Source: Nitrospirota bacterium
Lineage (GTDB): Bacteria > Nitrospirota > UBA9217
Length of the DNA stretch: 64,000 nt
Assembly (NCBI GenBank): GCA_963737155.1
Contig: CAVTRN010000002.1
Location: 2,496,001 to 2,560,000 of the forward strand
Reading direction: 5' to 3'
Made by a program: the position numbers and the translations under genes. Positions 60,905 through 64,000 of this stretch are shown here, one piece after another. The notes beneath the pieces were generated by a model. That model was not told the DNA's origin and did not search any database. It saw nothing but the letters and a program-made list of their open reading frames with translations. The first letter of the stretch is position 1, and each line of letters starts with the position of its first letter.

Positions 60905-61873
60905 TCAGGGTTGCACGATTTCAGCCGCGATTGTCTCCCGCTCAAGATCTCTTCCGTAATAGAGTTCACGCAGATTCATTGCTTCAATCGAACAGCGCCA
61001 GAGATAATCAAGAATAAGACCCACACCAAGGGGGTCTTTTCCGGCTTTCCTCAGCCACCGTGTCATGCCCCGGTATAACGCTAGTTCTACGGATGTCGGG
61101 TCGGGCCGCTCAACGGGAATGCCGGTCAGCTCCTGAATTAGAGCACCCGCTTTATCGAGGTCGTCAGACCCGGCCAGTCCCAGCAGCCTTGAATCGGGGA
61201 TGGCGCCGCCGGGAATAAAGAACGGATGTGTACTCAAGTCTAATCTCAGAAATTTGTAAAGACTCATGGCGTTTCGGGCGTCTATGAGCCGAATAAAGAA
61301 ACCTTTCATGAGCGGATGGAGCTTTGATCCGGCCGTCTCAGCGAGATATCGTTCCGTGAGCTGTTGCTCAACACCGCGCATGCCTTCACTTGCCAGAATT
61401 GCAACGAGCCCTGCATACCGCGGTGAAAGCAAAGAAAAAAGTCTTTCGATCTCGGTGACGGCAATTTTTACGTCTGCGCTCTCCAGCAAGATGTCCTTCA
61501 TGGCATCGGACAGCAGACTGGTGTCGAGCAGTTCATCAAGTACTCCCGCTTTTTTGTCCTTAATATGCCTGAGACAAATGAAAATGGTCCTGAACTCTGA
61601 ATAGAAGAAAAAAGGACCGAAAATCTCACGGAGCCAAAGGTTCATCTGCTCATAAACCCAGCGGTATTCCCGCACGAGATCTGCACCAATAGAGTCAGGC
61701 GATTTTCCCTTGAACAAACCGTCCGGCAGTGAGACCGTTGCCGCGTCAAACAGCCCTGCATCAAAGGTCAGGCGTTTCCAGTCCCTAATGAGCCGGGACC
61801 TCCTCCCCTTGATCCTGACCAAGAGATAGTCCACGGGATATCCCTGGTCAGCGGGACTGCACAGAAGTTCCAT
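60905..61873 (-). CDS. V/A-type ATP synthase subunit C (d)
   Basis: YLLVRIKGRRSRL, IDARN, E.MNLR; position between E and F. Confidence 0.78.
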   Translation of the reverse strand: MELLCSPADQGYPVDYLLVRIKGRRSRLIRDWKRLTFDAGLFDAATVSLPDGLFKGKSPDSIGADLVREYRWVYEQMNLWLREIFGPFFFYSEFRTIFICLRHIKDKKAGVLDELLDTSLLSDAMKDILLESADVKIAVTEIERLFSLLSPRYAGLVAILASEGMRGVEQQLTERYLAETAGSKLHPLMKGFFIRLIDARNAMSLYKFLRLDLSTHPFFIPGGAIPDSRLLGLAGSDDLDKAGALIQELTGIPVERPDPTSVELALYRGMTRWLRKAGKDPLGVGLILDYLWRCSIEAMNLRELYYGRDLERETIAAEIVQP

Positions 61874-62438
61874 CGGACACCTCCCGGTAAACATCTTTGA
61901 CCAGGAGCGGGATCAATTCGTTCCATGCCCGCTCAAGCCTTTTCTCGAGAGTATTGATAACTCTGACCGTACTGTCGGCCACTGCTGCGTCCACTCCCCC
62001 GGCAATGTTCTCCACGGGGATGATTTCAGCGTTGGGGAAATATTTTCGCGCCATGCTGAGATCGGCCGGATTGACGCGTACGAGTTTCCAGGGAAAAGAG
62101 GGCAGTTCAAGCGCCAACTTTTCAAATACCGCCGGATAGCCGTTGTCCCGAAGCAGGTGAAGTGAAGAACAGGCAATTGAGTAGAGGCGATCGGAAAGTG
62201 CTTTTTCCGCCTCCAGTCGCACTCTCCTGGCGTGATTGCCCGCCTCAGCCAGAGCGCGAAGCGTCTCATCTCCTTCCGCGGAGATTAGTTTGTCTGCGTA
62301 GTGTTTGCGCAGTTCTTCGATCTTTCCAGCCACGGCCGCCTGCAGAACTTTTGCCTCCTGCTCGGCTTCTTGCCGGATAAGACGGACCTTCCCCTCGCCG
62401 GCAAGCCGTAGCGACTCAATCAACGCCCGGGAGCTCAT
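61848..62438 (-). CDS. V/A-type ATP synthase subunit E
   Basis: Coiled N-terminus, VNPAD, IAGGV, NTLEKRL; ATG 62438 right after subunit K. Confidence 0.85.
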   Translation of the reverse strand: MSSRALIESLRLAGEGKVRLIRQEAEQEAKVLQAAVAGKIEELRKHYADKLISAEGDETLRALAEAGNHARRVRLEAEKALSDRLYSIACSSLHLLRDNGYPAVFEKLALELPSFPWKLVRVNPADLSMARKYFPNAEIIPVENIAGGVDAAVADSTVRVINTLEKRLERAWNELIPLLVKDVYREVSDGTSVQSR

Positions 62439-62440
62439 CG

Positions 62441-62665
62441 CTATTTCACCGTGAACAGGATCATCGTCGCCACAACGAAACCGAGAATAACCATAGTCTC
62501 GGGGATGGCAACGAGGATCACGATCGTACCGGTGAGTTCCGGTTTTTCGGCCAGAGATCCGGCGCCTGCAGCGCCGATCTTTGACTGGGCCCATGCCGTC
62601 GCAAGGGCGGTGAGACCGATTGCCAAGGCTGCGCTCAACGCGATAAATGCCTTTTCATAATTCAT
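62441..62665 (-). CDS. V/A-type ATP synthase proteolipid subunit K (c), single hairpin
   Basis: AWAQSKIGAAG, AIPETMVILG with the ion-binding Glu. Confidence 0.92.
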   Translation of the reverse strand: MNYEKAFIALSAALAIGLTALATAWAQSKIGAAGAGSLAEKPELTGTIVILVAIPETMVILGFVVATMILFTVK

Positions 62666-62790
62666 ATAGACCTCCCTTTTACTATTTTTTTAAGTAATAA
62701 TGGTTTCTCACAATGTCGTTATTTCCGCTTTTCGGGAAGTAAACCAGCCTACCATTAATTCAAGGGCATCATTCCGCATCTTCAAAAGCA

Positions 62791-64000
62791 TCACCCCTGT
62801 CTCTTCAACGGCTCAAACTTTCTCCCGCCGTGCTCCATGAATTTGCTGAAGAATTCGACATAATGGAGCCTCAACGAATGGATGGTGGGTGAGAACACTC
62901 CGAGAATGATGTTAAGCAGGTGGATCATCCCTGCCACGAAAACCCCGATCACGACATCTCCAGTCAAACCACCGAGGTTGTTCGCCACAAATGCGAGAAG
63001 GACGGAGGTGAGGCCTATGGCCATGATACGCACATAAGAAATGATGTTTCCGATGCTCTTCAAAAACTCCAGCGGCGCCAGCAGGCCGCCGGTAAAGAAC
63101 AGGGCCGGTGTCAGGAACAAGATGGCAATGATGACCGGCCTGGCAAGTATCTTAGGCAAGACGCCGAAGAATGATGCGAGAACAACGATCAGCGCCAGGA
63201 TGACGATGATGCTCAACAGTTTATAGACGGCCTCTTTCGTTTCCTTTTTCCGGAACTTCGCAATGACTCCGAATGCCAGCCCGAGCAGGACATGGGCCAC
63301 ACCCACTGCAAGGGTGAAAAATATCATCGGGACAACTGCGGTGCGTCGTTCTATGCAGAGTGGCTGCAAATGAAAGAGGCGTTCGGGCAGGTCTCCAAAG
63401 AACTCCCCAAAGAGCACACCGAAAAAAATGGTATACAGCGATGCGACCAGCAGGATGGAGGCGCCGTCCTTGACGAATTTTCGCTGCCTAAATTTTCGTT
63501 TCAGCACATGCGCAATGCCAGCAAGGAACAGGCCGTACCCAGCATCACCTAGAATCATGCCGAAAAACACGGGAAAGAAAATCCCGATGAACGGCGTCGG
63601 ATCGTAAGAAGTATAAGCCGGCAGCGGAAGCAGGCTCGAGAAAATTTCGAAGGGTTTAAAATAGGGAGAGTTCTTAAGGATGATCGGAACCCGTCCGAGA
63701 TCTTCCTCGCGGATTTCCTTCTCCTCCAGCATGACGCTCCCGTGATAGGACTCCACAAGATTTTTTCTCACGGCCGCCACGTCCCTTGCCGGCATCCATC
63801 CATTGATGAAGAAGCACATGCGCGTTTCGAAGGCCGCCGCGGTCGTGGAAAGAAGCGAAACCCGGTCGTCTATCCATTCACGCACACTCCGGTAGATCGG
63901 CACCCAGCGCAGGGAAAACTGGGTAAGCACGGCATCTATCCCCTCCGCCTCGCGGGTATTCTCGGCCATCCGCTTTTCGACGTAGACGACCTTTTCGAAG
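62791..64000 (-). CDS. V/A-type ATP synthase subunit I (a), 5' part outside the window
   Basis: DPTP, FFGMILGDAGYG, SYVRIMA, HSLRLHYVEFFSKF. Confidence 0.93.
   Translation of the reverse strand, partial: FEKVVYVEKRMAENTREAEGIDAVLTQFSLRWVPIYRSVREWIDDRVSLLSTTAAAFETRMCFFINGWMPARDVAAVRKNLVESYHGSVMLEEKEIREEDLGRVPIILKNSPYFKPFEIFSSLLPLPAYTSYDPTPFIGIFFPVFFGMILGDAGYGLFLAGIAHVLKRKFRQRKFVKDGASILLVASLYTIFFGVLFGEFFGDLPERLFHLQPLCIERRTAVVPMIFFTLAVGVAHVLLGLAFGVIAKFRKKETKEAVYKLLSIIVILALIVVLASFFGVLPKILARPVIIAILFLTPALFFTGGLLAPLEFLKSIGNIISYVRIMAIGLTSVLLAFVANNLGGLTGDVVIGVFVAGMIHLLNIILGVFSPTIHSLRLHYVEFFSKFMEHGGRKFEPLKRQG

Noticed and set aside
61848-62594. 248-aa version of ATPase subunit E
   Set aside because: The extension overlaps subunit K in another frame; ATG 62438 is the plausible start.
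1-64000. CRISPR arrays, rRNA, intact IS, integrase or prophage genes, and the many long antisense ORFs
   Set aside because: No regularly spaced repeat-spacer units or such genes were seen by eye. The antisense and overlapping ORFs are shadows of well-supported genes.

Overview
Bacterial chromosomal window of moderate GC, mostly housekeeping and energy metabolism. Gene content suggests a Nitrospirota- or Desulfobacterota-like organism (inference). Left to right: two unannotated Lys-rich micropeptide genes behind a wHTH-MNT/HEPN pair whose catalytic motifs both look degenerate; DEAD-box helicase; fadD-fadI-fadJ; ferredoxin, CBS, HD-GYP and a Cys-rich DUF5714-like protein (possible C-terminal Sec); an A2-type heme-copper oxidase operon (sco-coxI-III-IV-II/c-ctaB, no ctaA); purM-purN; a decayed AT-rich islet at tRNA-Ala(CGC); a 36-aa basic sORF plus a frameshifted TPR/LpoA-like lipoprotein; site-2 protease, trpS, polyprenyl synthase, AmmeMemoRadiSam A, HDAC; a partial T2SS/T4P module; lsrF-like aldolase plus Zn-dehydrogenase; gpsA-larB-larC-nadE-rsmI; DUF362; pyk; a cytoplasmic FdhA with AsrA/AsrB-like subunits; rubrerythrin, cardiolipin synthase-like PLD, OsmC; and a V/A-type ATPase operon (I-K-E-C-F-A-B-D) running off the right edge. 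No CRISPR array, rRNA, intact transposase or integrase was seen. All calls come from reading motifs by eye; no searches were run. The best candidate for an undescribed system is the locus at 218-1750.
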